DNA of 64,000 bases from Eledone cirrhosa (Eukaryota): NCBI GenBank assembly GCA_964016885.1, contig OZ024764.1:1302001-1366000 (forward strand). Direction: 5' to 3'. Made by a program: the position numbers and the translations under genes. Below are positions 37,950-51,118 of this stretch, piece by piece (the first letter of the stretch is position 1; each line of letters starts with the position of its first letter). A model generated the notes under the pieces. That model saw nothing but the letters and a program-made list of their open reading frames with translations, ran no database searches and was not told the origin of the DNA.

Positions 37950-39266
37950 CAGGGGCGTGCAACAGGTAGTCCACGGTCCACAATCCGGCCCACCAGACCA
38001 GTCAGAGTGGCCCTCGATGACCGTTTTTAATAGGCAGGCTTATTTAGAATTTTTTTTGTAACCATAATACTTCTGTTAGTTGACCTATACTAAAGGGCTT
38101 CACTGATAGGGTTATATGTTATAATTTCCCAGTTGACCTATACTAAAGGGCTTCACTGATAGGGTTATGTGTTATAATTTCCCTGTTGACCTATACTAAA
38201 GGGCTTCACTGATAGGGTTATATGTTATAATTTCCCAGTTGACCTATACTAAAGGGCTTCACTGATAGGGTTATATATGTTATAATTCCCCAGTTGACCT
38301 ATACTAAAGGGCTTCACTGATAGGGTTATATGTTATAATTTCCCAGTTGACCTATACTAAAGGGCTTCACTGATAGGGTTATATGTTATAATTCCCCAGT
38401 TGACCTATACTAAAGGGCTTCACTGATAGGGTTATATGTTATAATTCCCCAGTTGACCTATACTAAAGGGCTTCACTGATAGGGTTATATGTTATAATTT
38501 CCCAGTTGACCTATACTAAAGGGCTTCACTGATAGGGTTATATGTTATAATTCCCCAGTTGACCTATACTAAAGGGCTTCACTGATAGGGTTATGTGTTA
38601 TAATTTCCCTGTTGACCTATACTAAAGGGCTTCACTGATAGGGTTATATGTTATAATTCCCCAGTTGACCTATACTAAAGGGCTTCACTGATAGGGTTAT
38701 ATGTTATAATTTCCCAGTTGACCTATACTAAAGGGCTTCACTGATAGAGTTATATGTTATAATTTCCCAGTTGACCTATACTAAAGGACTTCACTGATAG
38801 GGTTATATGTTATAATTCCCCAGTTGACCTATACTAAATGGCTTCACTGATAGGGTTATATGTTATAATTCCCCAGTTGACCTATACTAAAGGGCTTCAC
38901 TGATAGGGTTATATGTTATAATTCCCCAGTTGACCTATACTAAAGGGCTTCACTGATAGGGTTATGTGTTATAATTTCCCTGTTGACCTATACTAAAGGG
39001 CTTCACTGATAGGGTTATATGTTATAATTCCCCAGTTGACCTATACTAAAGGGCTTCACTGATAGGGTTATATGTTATAATTTCCCAGTTGACCTATACT
39101 AAAGGGCTTCACTGATAGGGTTATATATGTTATAATTTCCCAGTTCCATGTTATGGAAACAAGTTGTGGTGAATCTTTGGAATAGTGCTTAACAAATATC
39201 AATGGCCCTAATAGGTGTTCCAATGTTCAAAAGTGGCCCTCCGATGGAATATGTTGCACACCCCTG
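37950..39266. mobile_element. hAT MITE carrying a 53-bp minisatellite (38077-39145, ~20 copies)
   Basis: TIRs CAGGGGCGTGCAACA / TGTTGCACACCCCTG; 8-bp TSD ACCTACAT at 37942-37949 and 39267-39274. Confidence 0.9.
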
Positions 39267-39549
39267 ACCTACATAGTGTTGGTGCCACAATAAAATGCAC
39301 CCAGTACATCTAATACAGTGTGGGGATATATGTAAGATGCAGGGTCCCAGCCTGTCTGTGAATTTAGTAGTTCCAATTAAATATTAGTTTGGTCTTTGAT
39401 GACCTGTCCAACCCATGCTAGCACTGAAAATGGATGTTAAATGATGATATATAACAGAACCTCATCTATGAAATTTAGTCTGAGAAAACAGGGAATGTTG
39501 GTACTTCCTTCTGTAACATTTTGAGAGAAGCCAAGACACTCAATGCATT

Positions 39550-40045
39550 GCTGCAGGTGATAGTGAGGCTAAGATGCTGGAATAGCCAAGCACCGTATCT
39601 GGTGCATCACTTGGTATGTCAGTAAGGCCCGGTGATAGTGAGGCTAAGATGCTGGAATAGCCAAGCACTCTCACCAGGAAGTTCATTTGATACACCGTGA
39701 GGCCTGGGGATAGGGAGGCTAAGATACTAGAATAGCCAAGCACTCTTGCCAAGAGCATCACTTGATACGTCGTGAGGCCTGGGGATAGGGAGGCTAAGAT
39801 ACTGGAACAGCAAAGCACCCTCACCAGGATCTTTATTTGATACATCAGTTAGGCCTGGTGATAGGGTGGCTAAGATGCTGCAATAGTCAAGCACTCCACT
39901 TGATGCGTCAGTAAGGTGAACCTTTTGTAGCGTGACTAAGGTGCAGAGATAGCCAAGCACACTCACAAGGAGCAATACATGTTGAGTATTTGATGGCGAG
40001 GCTAAGGTGATGGAATCGCCAAGCACTCTTTCCAAGAGCATCAAC
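39550..40045. repeat. Degenerate ~75-bp tandem repeat
   Basis: GAGGCTAAGATGCTGGAATAGCCAAGCAC recurs about every 75 bp. Confidence 0.75.
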
Positions 40046-40739
40046 TGATACTTCAATAAAATTAAGCGCCAACAATGATAAAACCTTTGTTGTCAATGGA
40101 CCATCTCCCTCCGAACGTCTCAAAAGCCACAGACGAAAAAAAAAAAATGTAGCAATTTGAGGTAAATTTGGCTGCTATTTCTAGTATCTCGAGTGGTCGA
40201 CTGCTTACAAATTTTCCCTCGTTAACTTGGAAGTCTGTTCGGCTGAAGTCCAATGTGGCTTCATTGTACCAACTTCACTACTCTGCCGTTGAAGATTACA
40301 TTAACACAAGCACATCAACTGAATGGTGGCTGTGTGTAGGTTATTGGTTTTGTTTATTTTCAATTTTCCTCTCATATTCTCATCGGATTTGGACAGTCAT
40401 TGCTTTTCTAAGGAAAGCCCGGAAAAAATACTAAACGTGTGGAAAATTATCAATGCAAAAATTCAGGTAAATACTACAATTATAGATATATTATTATTGT
40501 ATATATACAAGGTCTCGAATTTAAACATCCGTTGAAATCTCACGTATGTGAGATTTTTTTACTGTCTACTTTCTTTTTCTCTTTACCAATTATTGTTTAT
40601 TGTTGTTTATTTTTTCTCTTCCTCTGAGACAAAAACCTAATTATGAGGTGTTAATTAATATGTGAAAAGGGGGAAGAAAAAATACACAGACGATGAAAAA
40701 AAATATTCACGAAACAACGTGTTTTCGTTGACAAGACGA

Positions 40740-42135
40740 GGCGAGAGTAGAGAGAGTAGGAGCAGAATAAGTGAGAGAGGGGAGGACAGAAAGACAAGAC
40801 AGTATAGTGAGAGATGGCTTAGAGGGAAAAGATGATTTTAGTGAAGGAGAGAGAGGGGAAAGGGAGAAAGAATGTAGGTTTAGAGAGAGATAAAGACGGT
40901 GGTTTAGAGAGAGAAAGAAAGGTGGTTTACTGAATAGAGAGAGAGAGGGAAGAGGAGAAGGTGCTTTAGTGAGAGGGAGGGGTGGAGAGAAAGAAAGAAG
41001 GTGGTTTACTGAAGGAGAGAGAGAGAGGGAAGGGGAGAATGAGGTAGTGAGAGTAAGACTTCTATGTTTGTACATGTTCACTGAGATGGTGGCGGTGGAG
41101 GAGAGATGGAAAGAAACTGAGAGTGGGGGAAGATATAAGAGAACGAAAGAGGAAAAAAGATGTAGAGAAGGAGAGAGGAGAAGATAATTAGAGAAAGATA
41201 GGATAAGAAACAAAGAGCAGGGAGAGAGAGAGAGAGAGAGAGAGAGAAAGAATAATAGAAACACAGAGGGGGTTAGTAGTAAGAGACAAAGGAGAGAGAG
41301 TAGGAGGGGGAGAAAGACAGAATGATAGAAAGAGAGATGAGGGTAGTAGTAAGAGATAAGCGAGAGACGAAGGAGATGATAAAGAGGTTAGGGTAGTAGG
41401 AAGAGATAAAGAAGAGAGAAAGGTTTGGGAGAAAACAGAGAAAGAGATGAGGGTAGTAGCAAGAGAGAAAGACTAATAGAAACAGGGAGAGAGAGGCAAT
41501 AAAGGAAGGTGAGAGAAATAGATTAATAAACAGAGGGAGAGACAAACAAAGTAATTGAGAGAGAGAGATGTGGGTAGTAGTAAGAGAGGGAGAAAGACAG
41601 TAATAGACATAGAGGGAGAGAAAGACAGTAGTAGAGAGAGAGGGAGAGAGAAACAAAGTAATAGAGAGAGAGAGGGGGAGAAAGACAAAGTAACAGCAGG
41701 GGGGGGGGTGACCCATCCCGCCAATCTCAACATCAACATCACTCACAACAGTAGAAGACTGAGAGAAAGACTAATAGCGAGAGAGAGAGAAGAGATGTGG
41801 GTAGTAGTAAGAGAGAAAGACAGAGTAACAGAGAGAGGGGAAGAAAGATAGAGTAACAGACAGATGGAGGGGGAGAAAGACAGTAACAGAGAGATGGAGG
41901 GCGAGAAAGACAGAGTAACAGACAGATGGAGGGCGAGAAAGACAGAGTAACAGAGAGAGGGGGAGAAAGACAAAGTAACAGAGAGAGGGGGAGAAAGACA
42001 GTAATAGAGAGAGGTGGAGAAAGACAGAATAACAGAGAGAGGGTGAGAAAGACAGTAACAGAGATAGGGGAAGAAAGACAGAGTAACAGAGAGATGGAGT
42101 GGGAGAAAGACAGAGTAAAAGAGAGAGGGAGGGTG
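40740..42135. repeat. GA-rich low-complexity tract with short tandem units
   Basis: GAGAAAGACAGAGTAACAGAGAGAGG repeats. Confidence 0.85.
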
Positions 42136-42339
42136 ATCAGTCCCGCCATCATTATCAACATCACCAACAACACTTCAATGGTGAGGACTTAGTTAGGGTC
42201 TGACTACAGAGAAATAGTGAAAGGTAGACATTTTATTGTTTATGTTGGGAGGAAGGGTTTTATTCTAATAGGGATCCATCGGAGCTCCCTAATTATTGCC
42301 CAGATCCCCGCCAAACCTGAACCTTTCTAGTCACGTACA

Positions 42340-42459
42340 CATTTTGTATACACACATGTATATATATGTTGATGTATATACATGTGTGTGTATATTGTAT
42401 ATATAAACATACATGTATATATATATATATATACATGTGTGTGTATATTGTATATATAA

Positions 42460-42490
<31 letters not shown>

Positions 42491-42738
42491 CATGTGTGTG
42501 TATATTGTATATATAAACATACATGTATATATATATACATGTGTGTGTATATTGTATATATAAACATACATGTATATATATATACATGTGTGTGTATATT
42601 GTATATATAAACATACATGTATATACATATATATATACATGTGTGTGTATATTGTATATATAAACATGTATATATATATATATTATATTATATTTAGAGT
42701 TTAAACTCAGTCATTTACAATTAATTAGCTCAAAGAAA

Positions 42739-42775
<37 letters not shown>

Positions 42776-42816
42776 GTGTGTGTGTATATGTACATACATG
42801 TAAACATATATACACA

Positions 42817-42847
<31 letters not shown>

Positions 42848-43177
42848 GTAAAACATACACATGTATATGATCGTATATATATATATATACACACAAACAC
42901 ACATATATATATACACACAAACACACATATATATATATATATTATGGAATACTGTTAGCTTCTCGCTACAATAATTTCTATACTTTTCATTTATATATAT
43001 ATATATATACATAGGTAGAGGTATATACATACATATATATATATATATATATATGTATGTATATATATATATATTATATACACCCAGTAACAAGCTCCGT
43101 GCATGTGTTGTAGATTTTATAAAAGCTGAATATTTTCTTCTACATCAATTATTAAAATGTTTTAATGAATTAATGGG

Positions 43178-43238
<61 letters not shown>

Positions 43239-43284
43239 GAAAAGTATAGAAATTATTGTAGCGAGAAGCTAACAGTATTCCATA

Positions 43285-43316
<32 letters not shown>

Positions 43317-43317
43317 T

Positions 43318-43368
<51 letters not shown>

Positions 43369-44095
43369 TGTATATATATATATATACCCATTAATTCATT
43401 AAAACATTTTAATAATTATAATATATATATATATACAGTATATATATATATATACAGTATATATATGTATATATATATATATATACAGTATATATATATA
43501 CAGTATATATATGTATATATATATATATACAGTATATATACATATATATACTGTATATATGCATACACACGTGTATAATACATTTATGTATATACATGAG
43601 GAAAAAAACTGATCGATCACAACTGACCTGTAGTTTGTACATATATACTGTATATATATATATACAGTATATATACTGTATATATATATATATATATATA
43701 TACTGTATATATACTGTATATATATATATATACAGTATATATATATATATATACTGTATATATATACAGTATATATACTGTATATATATATATACAGTAT
43801 ATATACAGTATATATATATATATATATACAGTATATATACTGTATATATATATATACAGTATATATGTACAAACTACAGGTCAGTTGTGATCGATCAGTT
43901 TTTTTCCTCATGTATATACATGAATGTATTATACACGTGTGTATGCATATATACATTTATATATATATATATATACATATTAGTTATAACTAATAAGCTC
44001 TGTAGCCTACATAGAGCACTCGCTTTCCCTGTACCTTTCCTACGGAATTACTTTATATATATATATGTGTATATATATATATATATGTGTGTGTG

Positions 44096-44128
<33 letters not shown>

Positions 44129-44688
44129 ATATATATATATATGTGTGTGTGTGTATATATATATGTGTGTGTGTGTATATATATATATGTGTGTGTGTGT
44201 GTATATATATGTGTGTGCATGTATATATATATGTGTGTGTACATATACGCGTGTGTGTGTACATATATGCGTGTGTGTATATATATATATGTGTGTGTGT
44301 GTGTACATATACGCGTGTGTATATATATATATATATGTGTGTACATATATGCGTGTGTGTGTGTATATATATATGTGTGTGTATGTGTATATATATATAT
44401 ATATATATACACACACAACAATAATTAATTATAATATCAAGCCTCTGCTACTATTTATAAATGGTATTTTTTAGGTCGTTTACTACACGTAAACAAACAA
44501 ACACACACACACACACACACATAATAATAATAATACAAGAACGATTTGTTAAGCCTTCGTTTATTGATCTGTGATACGCGTTTCGTTCGCTATTGATCAG
44601 CTCAAGGTTCGATCTAGTCCGACTCGTCGGACCTCTGCTGTATATATATATATATATATGTGTTGCTAAAACAATCTCTATACCTCTC

Positions 44689-44751
<63 letters not shown>

Positions 44752-45542
44752 AGAGTGTGTATATGAATGAATGAATGAATAAATAAATATATATATATAT
44801 GTGTGTGAGTGTATATAAATGAATGAATGAATAAATAAATAAATATATATATATATATATGTGTGAGTGTGTATATAAATGAATGAACGAATGAATAAAT
44901 AAATATATATATATATGTGTGTGAGTATATATAAATGAATGAATGAATAAATAAATATATATATATATATATGTGTGAGTGTGTATATAAATGAATGAAT
45001 GAACGAATGAATAAATAAATATATATATATATGTGTGTGAGTGTATATAAATGAATGAATGAATAAATAAATATATATATATATATATGTGTGAGTGTGT
45101 ATATAAATGAATGAACGAATGAATAAATAAATATATATATATATGTGTGTGAGTGTATATAAATGAATGAACGAATGAATAAATAAATATATATATATAT
45201 GTGTGAGTGTGTATATGAATGAATGAATGAATAAATAAATATATATATATATGTGTGTGTGAGTGTATATAAATGAATGAATAAATAAATATATATATAT
45301 ATATGTAGATAAATCTACCAAGAGTTTACGGCATATATATGAAGACGGCGTATATATGAGTTGGTATGTATATTTAATTTTGATAGTTTGTATAATTTTG
45401 TATAATTTTGTACATAGATCTGTTAAATATACATGCCAATTCTAACACATATATATCCTAGAAACGATCGTTAAATAATGAACTTTTTTTGTTTAATATA
45501 AGGAACTGTTTCATTGTTTTATTCATTATTTTTTTAATATTT

Positions 45543-45602
<60 letters not shown>

Positions 45603-45865
45603 TAAATCCATCAATCAATGGTAGGGTCTAAACCGTATGAAGAACTCAATGTAATCCGTATGTAGATGTTGTGAAGTATAATTTCGTTTTTTGTTTTATT
45701 TCACTGATTTCACTAATTGTATATATATTATATATATATATATAGGAACGAGTAGGACCCCGACGGCTGAGCTCAAGCCGTTTCGACGGCTAATTCTGGA
45801 CTACCCTAAGTATTGAGTACTTTGGTGCGTTATGGTCCACCTGTTTCCTTACCACATTTCCTTCG

Positions 45866-45910
<45 letters not shown>

Positions 45911-45921
45911 CTTATATATAT

Positions 45922-45981
<60 letters not shown>

Positions 45982-46429
45982 GGAATTCATTTCACATCTC
46001 GATGTAAATATACATGCATGTAAATTTCATATAAATATGTGTTTGCATATACAAACACATCATGTTTATTTGACAATATATGTATACGGATGTAAATATA
46101 TATATATTATAACTATTTTCCCTTAACTCTCATATACATACATATATATATATATAAACATATAAATGAAAGTATATAAATTAATGTGAGCAAGAAGCCA
46201 ACAGTATTCTATAATATATAAGTGACTATAACGTCAAAATGGAAAATAATTAACGTAAGATGAGGGAAAATAATTCAAACTCAATTAAAAAAAAATCAAG
46301 ATATTGATTTATCCACAGAATTTAGTGAAATCCAGGGAAAAATCAATAGAGCCTTAACTCATGATAAAATAAAGTTTAAATACTCATACTTCAATTTGGG
46401 ACAACTACAAGTGCTCTGTATAGTCTTAT

Positions 46430-46524
<95 letters not shown>

Positions 46525-46525
46525 A
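42340..46525. repeat. Compound (TA)n/(CA)n/(GAAT)n microsatellite field with embedded short inverted repeats
   Basis: Direct reading. Confidence 0.9.
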
Positions 46526-47011
46526 TATATATTTCGTTTTGGGATTTGTTTTGCAAGATTTCTTATCTGAAAACGTGTGTTGAAGCAGATATTGTTGTAC
46601 TTTGGGAGGGTCATGTCGCCAATAAAAACACTCGCACCTGTTGGTTTTAGTTGGTTGGTTGGTTGGTTCAATAACCGGATGGTTGGTTGTTTATATATTG
46701 TCAAAGCTCTTTTGTCACACATTCTGCAACCTCCTCAGTGACTAATTTCTTATTTTGTGTATCTCCTATGATCTGTCCTACACCGGTTATCGAACCAACC
46801 CACCAACTGGAAAATTGTATAAGGACGATTTGTTACGTTTATTAATTGGTGACGCAAGTTTCGCTATTGATCAGCTGAAGGTTCGATTTGTATCAGTCTC
46901 GCCTGATCTGTCATTACCACAATAGAGGTCCGACGAGCATTTGATTCCATAGTCGGGCTAGATCGATGCAGATCAAACCTTGAGCGAAACGCTCATCACC
47001 AATCAATAAAC

Positions 47012-47197
47012 AATTGTTTCTACTTTTGGCACAAGGCCAGCAATTATCCCAGTGTATTACTGGTACTTTATTTTATCGACTCCGTAAGGATGAAAGGCAA
47101 AGTTAACCTCGGCGCGATTTGAACTCAGACTATAAAGGGCCGTAACTCTTTGCTGCAAAACATGGCGTCCGACCCTCTACCGATACTGCCAATCCAA
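47012..47197 (-). mobile_element. SINE family B
   Basis: Reverse complement of the family B sequence. Confidence 0.85.
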
Positions 47198-47473
47198 ATG
47201 AAGGCTTAAAAAATCATCCTTGTTTTATTATAATACACTCTGTCTAGCTCTACACCTCGATACTGACCTGAACCTAAACCTAAACATCGAGTGCTCACCC
47301 GGGTGAACCTACAGTAACCCCAACTTACACTCCCTAGATATATATATATATATATATATTTATAATGAGTTGACTGACCCAGCATATTTATCAATGCCAT
47401 CTCAGCGTACTCAATAGATTATGTAGAATACATTCCCAGAGTATACACATAGTTATTCACTTCAATACAACAC

Positions 47474-47519
<46 letters not shown>

Positions 47520-47528
<9 letters not shown>

Positions 47529-47840
47529 TGTATATATAGTGTATTTTGCAATACACTGTATGCTTAATTAAAAGCATTTCAAAGACCTTACGCTATTGTT
47601 TTAGAGTAGTGACAGTCTCACTTACTTTACATTTTCAGCAAACAGGTGGAGTACTTAGCTTTGATAAGTACCAAAAAGTACGAAACAGAGCTCTATCAGC
47701 TTTATCTCCCCTGTTTGCTGAAAATGTAAAGTAAGTGAGACTGTCACTACTCTAAAACAATAGCGTAAGGTCTTCGAAATGCTTTTAATTAAGCATACAG
47801 TGTATTGCAAAATACACTATATATACATTCATATATATAT
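47520..47840. repeat. Palindrome, ~125-bp arms, ~60-nt spacer holding a degenerate hammerhead
   Basis: ATGAATGTATATATAGTGTATTTTGC...CAGCAAACAGG / CCTGTTTGCTG...ATACATTCAT. Confidence 0.9.
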
Positions 47841-47874
47841 ATCGCTATTTCAGAGCACCCATTCTAATATATAT

Positions 47875-48600
47875 ATCATCATCATTTCATCATACGTCCG
47901 CTTTTCCCTGCTTGCAAGGGTGGGACGGGAACTGATTCTGGCTTGATTTCTACAGCTGGATGCCCTTCCTAACACCAACCTCATTTACAGTGAGTGCTGG
48001 GTGCCTTTTATGCTCAGTCTCTCTCTTAATTTGTTTATGCATATATTACTATTACACATCCATCGGAGCATGCAGGCTTCGTTTCCTTCTAATCTGTGCA
48101 AGTCTTCAACCTTCAGCGCCCAGGTCTCACTTCCATGTAACATTGCCGTTCGTATACACGCATCATACAGTCTGCCTTTCATTTTGAGAGAAAAGCCTTT
48201 TGCAGCTAGCAGTGGTAGTAGCTCCCTGAACTTCTTCCATCCCGTTCTTACCCTGGTTATTGTACTCTCCAAACACCCACCTCTGCTGCTAAGTCAGTCA
48301 CCTAGGTATCAGAAGCTGTCTACTGTTTCTACAGAGCCCTCCCAGAGTTTGGTAGTGCTTGCTTACTGTCCCGGTGCAGCTGCTACATGTAAAGCCTATA
48401 TTCTTAACTAAACTTCCTGAGATCCCACTACATCTCTTGTGTAGCCATTGTTTGCATTTGGGACAGAGGATGGAGTGTCTGAGGTGGAGTGTCTGAGGGG
48501 ATCTGGGTTCTGTTTTCTTATCTACTTACGAGAACATTAGTCTTTGTCAGGTTGACCCTGAGACCCCTTCTTTCTAGTCCTTGCTTCCATGTTTAGAATT
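47875..48600 (-). mobile_element. SINE-A tail joined to an RTE fragment
   Basis: RVRTGWKKFRELLPLL..KGRLYDACIRTAMLHGSETW. Confidence 0.82.
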
Positions 48601-48664
48601 TATATACATATATGTGTGTATATATCTGATTACACCACCTTTCTCTCATGCCTTTACACCCTTA

Positions 48665-49215
48665 CTCCAGTCCTGAGTCCACACTGTAAAGTGGTCATGT
48701 AGGTGTCACAACAAAAAGCACCCAGTCCACACTGTAACGTGGTCATGTAGGTGTCACAACAAAAAGCACCCAGTCCACACTGTAAAGTGGTCATGTAGGT
48801 GTCATGACAAACAACACCCAGTCCACACTGTAAAGTGGTCATGTAGGTGTCATGACAAACAACACCCAGTCCACACTGTAAAGTGGTCATGTAGGTGTCA
48901 CAACAAACAACACCCAGTCCACACTGTAAAGTGTTCATGTAGGTGTCATAACAAAAAGTACCCAGTCCACACTGTAAAGTGGTCATGTAGGTGTCACAAC
49001 AAAAAGTACCCAGTCCACACTGTAAAGTGGTCATGTAGGTGTCATGACAAAAAGTACCCAGTCCACACTGTAAAGTGGTCATGTAGGTGTCACAACTAAA
49101 AGCACCCAGTCCACACTGTAAAGTGGTCATGTAGGTGTCACAACGAAAAGTGCTCAGTCCACACTCTAAAGTGGTCATGTAGGTGTCAAGCAAAAAGTGC
49201 CTAGTTGACACAGTA
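48665..49215 (+). repeat. 48-bp SINE-derived minisatellite (~11 copies)
   Basis: Same unit as 22835-24440. Confidence 0.92.
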
Positions 49216-49337
49216 AATGTGGTTGGCAATAAGAAGGGTATCCAGCCATAGAAACCAAGCCTACACAACCACTTTACAGTGTTGACTGGGTGCTTTTTGT
49301 TGTGTCAGAGGGGTCTAACAGATTTAAGCATATTATT

Positions 49338-49520
49338 AGGCAGTATCTATAGAGGGTCGGACGCCATGCTTTCCAGCATAGTTACGTCCCTTTACGATCT
49401 GAGTTCAAATCCCGCCGATGTTGACTTTGCCTTTCATCCTTACGGGGTCGATAAAATAAAGTACCAGCGATGCACTGGGGCAATTGCTGGCCTTGTACCT
49501 AAAGTAGAAACAATTATTAA
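49338..49520 (+). mobile_element. SINE family B
   Basis: Core and tail match. Confidence 0.82.
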
Positions 49521-50149
49521 AACGTGTGAGATAGTAAAAAGACAGAAAGGCATGTATAGAACAAAGGTCCGAGAGAGAAACCCAAAGTATAACAGTATAT
49601 AACAGTTTAACCCTTTAGCATTTAAACTGGCTGTATCTGGCCACAATTCTCTCACTTCTTACTGTTCAAACCGGCTGTAACCAGCTGCTCATATTTATGT
49701 TAAGGTATTGTTCCCAAAATAAATAATTTCAAAATCTCATAGATTCGATATTATGTGATAATTATGTGAGGTAAAGAGTTTACCATGAAAATACAATAGT
49801 ATATATAGAGTAATATATATGTAAATGTTATGTGAGGTAAAGCCTTTACTGTGAAAATACAATAGTATATATAGACTAATGTAAATGTTATGTGAGGTAA
49901 AGAGTTTACCATGAAAATACAATAGTATATATAGATATATATACTAGATATATATAGATATATAAATGCACTGCGGAAAAGAAGAGAGTAGAAAATTGAA
50001 GAGCTGACATTTCTGAATTCAACAACAATTCGGTAGTAAAGTTAGATAAATTCTGATTTAGTACCCTACAAAGTTTGTTTTATATTTGCTGAGAGAAGAT
50101 TAGTTTCTAGAAAGAGTCAATCAGATTTAAGCATATTATTTAAAAACTA

Positions 50150-50950
50150 AGGCGGTTGATTGGCAGTATCGGTAGAGGGTCAGATGCCATGTTAGGGCGG
50201 TGGATTGGCAGTATCGGTAGAGGGTCGGACGCCATGCTAGGGCAGTGGATTGGCAGTATCGGTAGAGGGTCGGACACCATGCTAGGGCGGTAGATTGGCA
50301 GTATCGGTAGAGGGTCGGACGCCATGCTAGGGTGGTAGATTGGCAGTATCGGTAGAGGGTCGGACGCCATGCTAGGATGGTGGATTGGCAGTATCGGTAG
50401 AGGGTCGGACGCCATGCTAGGGTGGTGGATTGGCAGTATCGGTAGAGGGTCAGACGCCATGCTAGGGCAGTGGATTGGCAGTATCGGTAGAGGGTCGGAC
50501 ACCATGCTAGGGTGGTGGATTGGCAGTATCGGTAGAGGGTCGGACGCCATGCTAGGGTGGTGCATTGGCAGTTTCGGTAGAGGATTGGACGCCATGCTTT
50601 GCAAGCAAAGAGTTACGGCCCTTGGCATTGTGAGTTCAAATCCCGTCGAGGTTAACTTTGCCTTTCATCCTTACGGAGGTCAATAAAATAAAGTACCAGT
50701 AATACACTGGGATAATTGCTGGCCTTGTGCCTAAAGTAGAAACAATTATTTAAAAACTAGGGCAGCGGATTGGCAGTATCGGTAGAGGATCGGACGCCAT
50801 GCTTTGCAGCATAGAGTTACGACCCTTTACAGACTGAGTTCAAATCCCGCCGAGGTTAACTTTCATCCTTACGGGGGTCAATAAAATAAAATACCAGTAA
50901 TACACTGGGGTAATTTCTGGCCCCTTGTGCCAAAAGTAGAAACAATTATT
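50150..50950 (+). mobile_element. Two tandem SINE-B copies; the first has its 45-bp head amplified ~10 times
   Basis: Unit GCTAGGGCGGTGGATTGGCAGTATCGGTAGAGGGTCGGACGCCAT; ATTATTTAAAAAC before, between and after. Confidence 0.88.
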
Positions 50951-51118
50951 TAAAAACATGTGAGATAGTAAATAACAACACAGCGGTGTTAATGATGATG
51001 ATGATGATTGTCAGTGGTGTTAATGATGATGATGATGATGATTGTCACAATTTTCTCTTTTCCTTTTTATAATTCTTTATCTTTTATTTCTTCTCTTTTG
51101 CCAGGAATCCTGTGTGGA

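Noticed and set aside
51008-51118. N-terminal extension of the 2384-aa ORF
   Set aside because: Runs through an (ATG)n microsatellite and the polypyrimidine tract of the acceptor at 51104; mostly intronic
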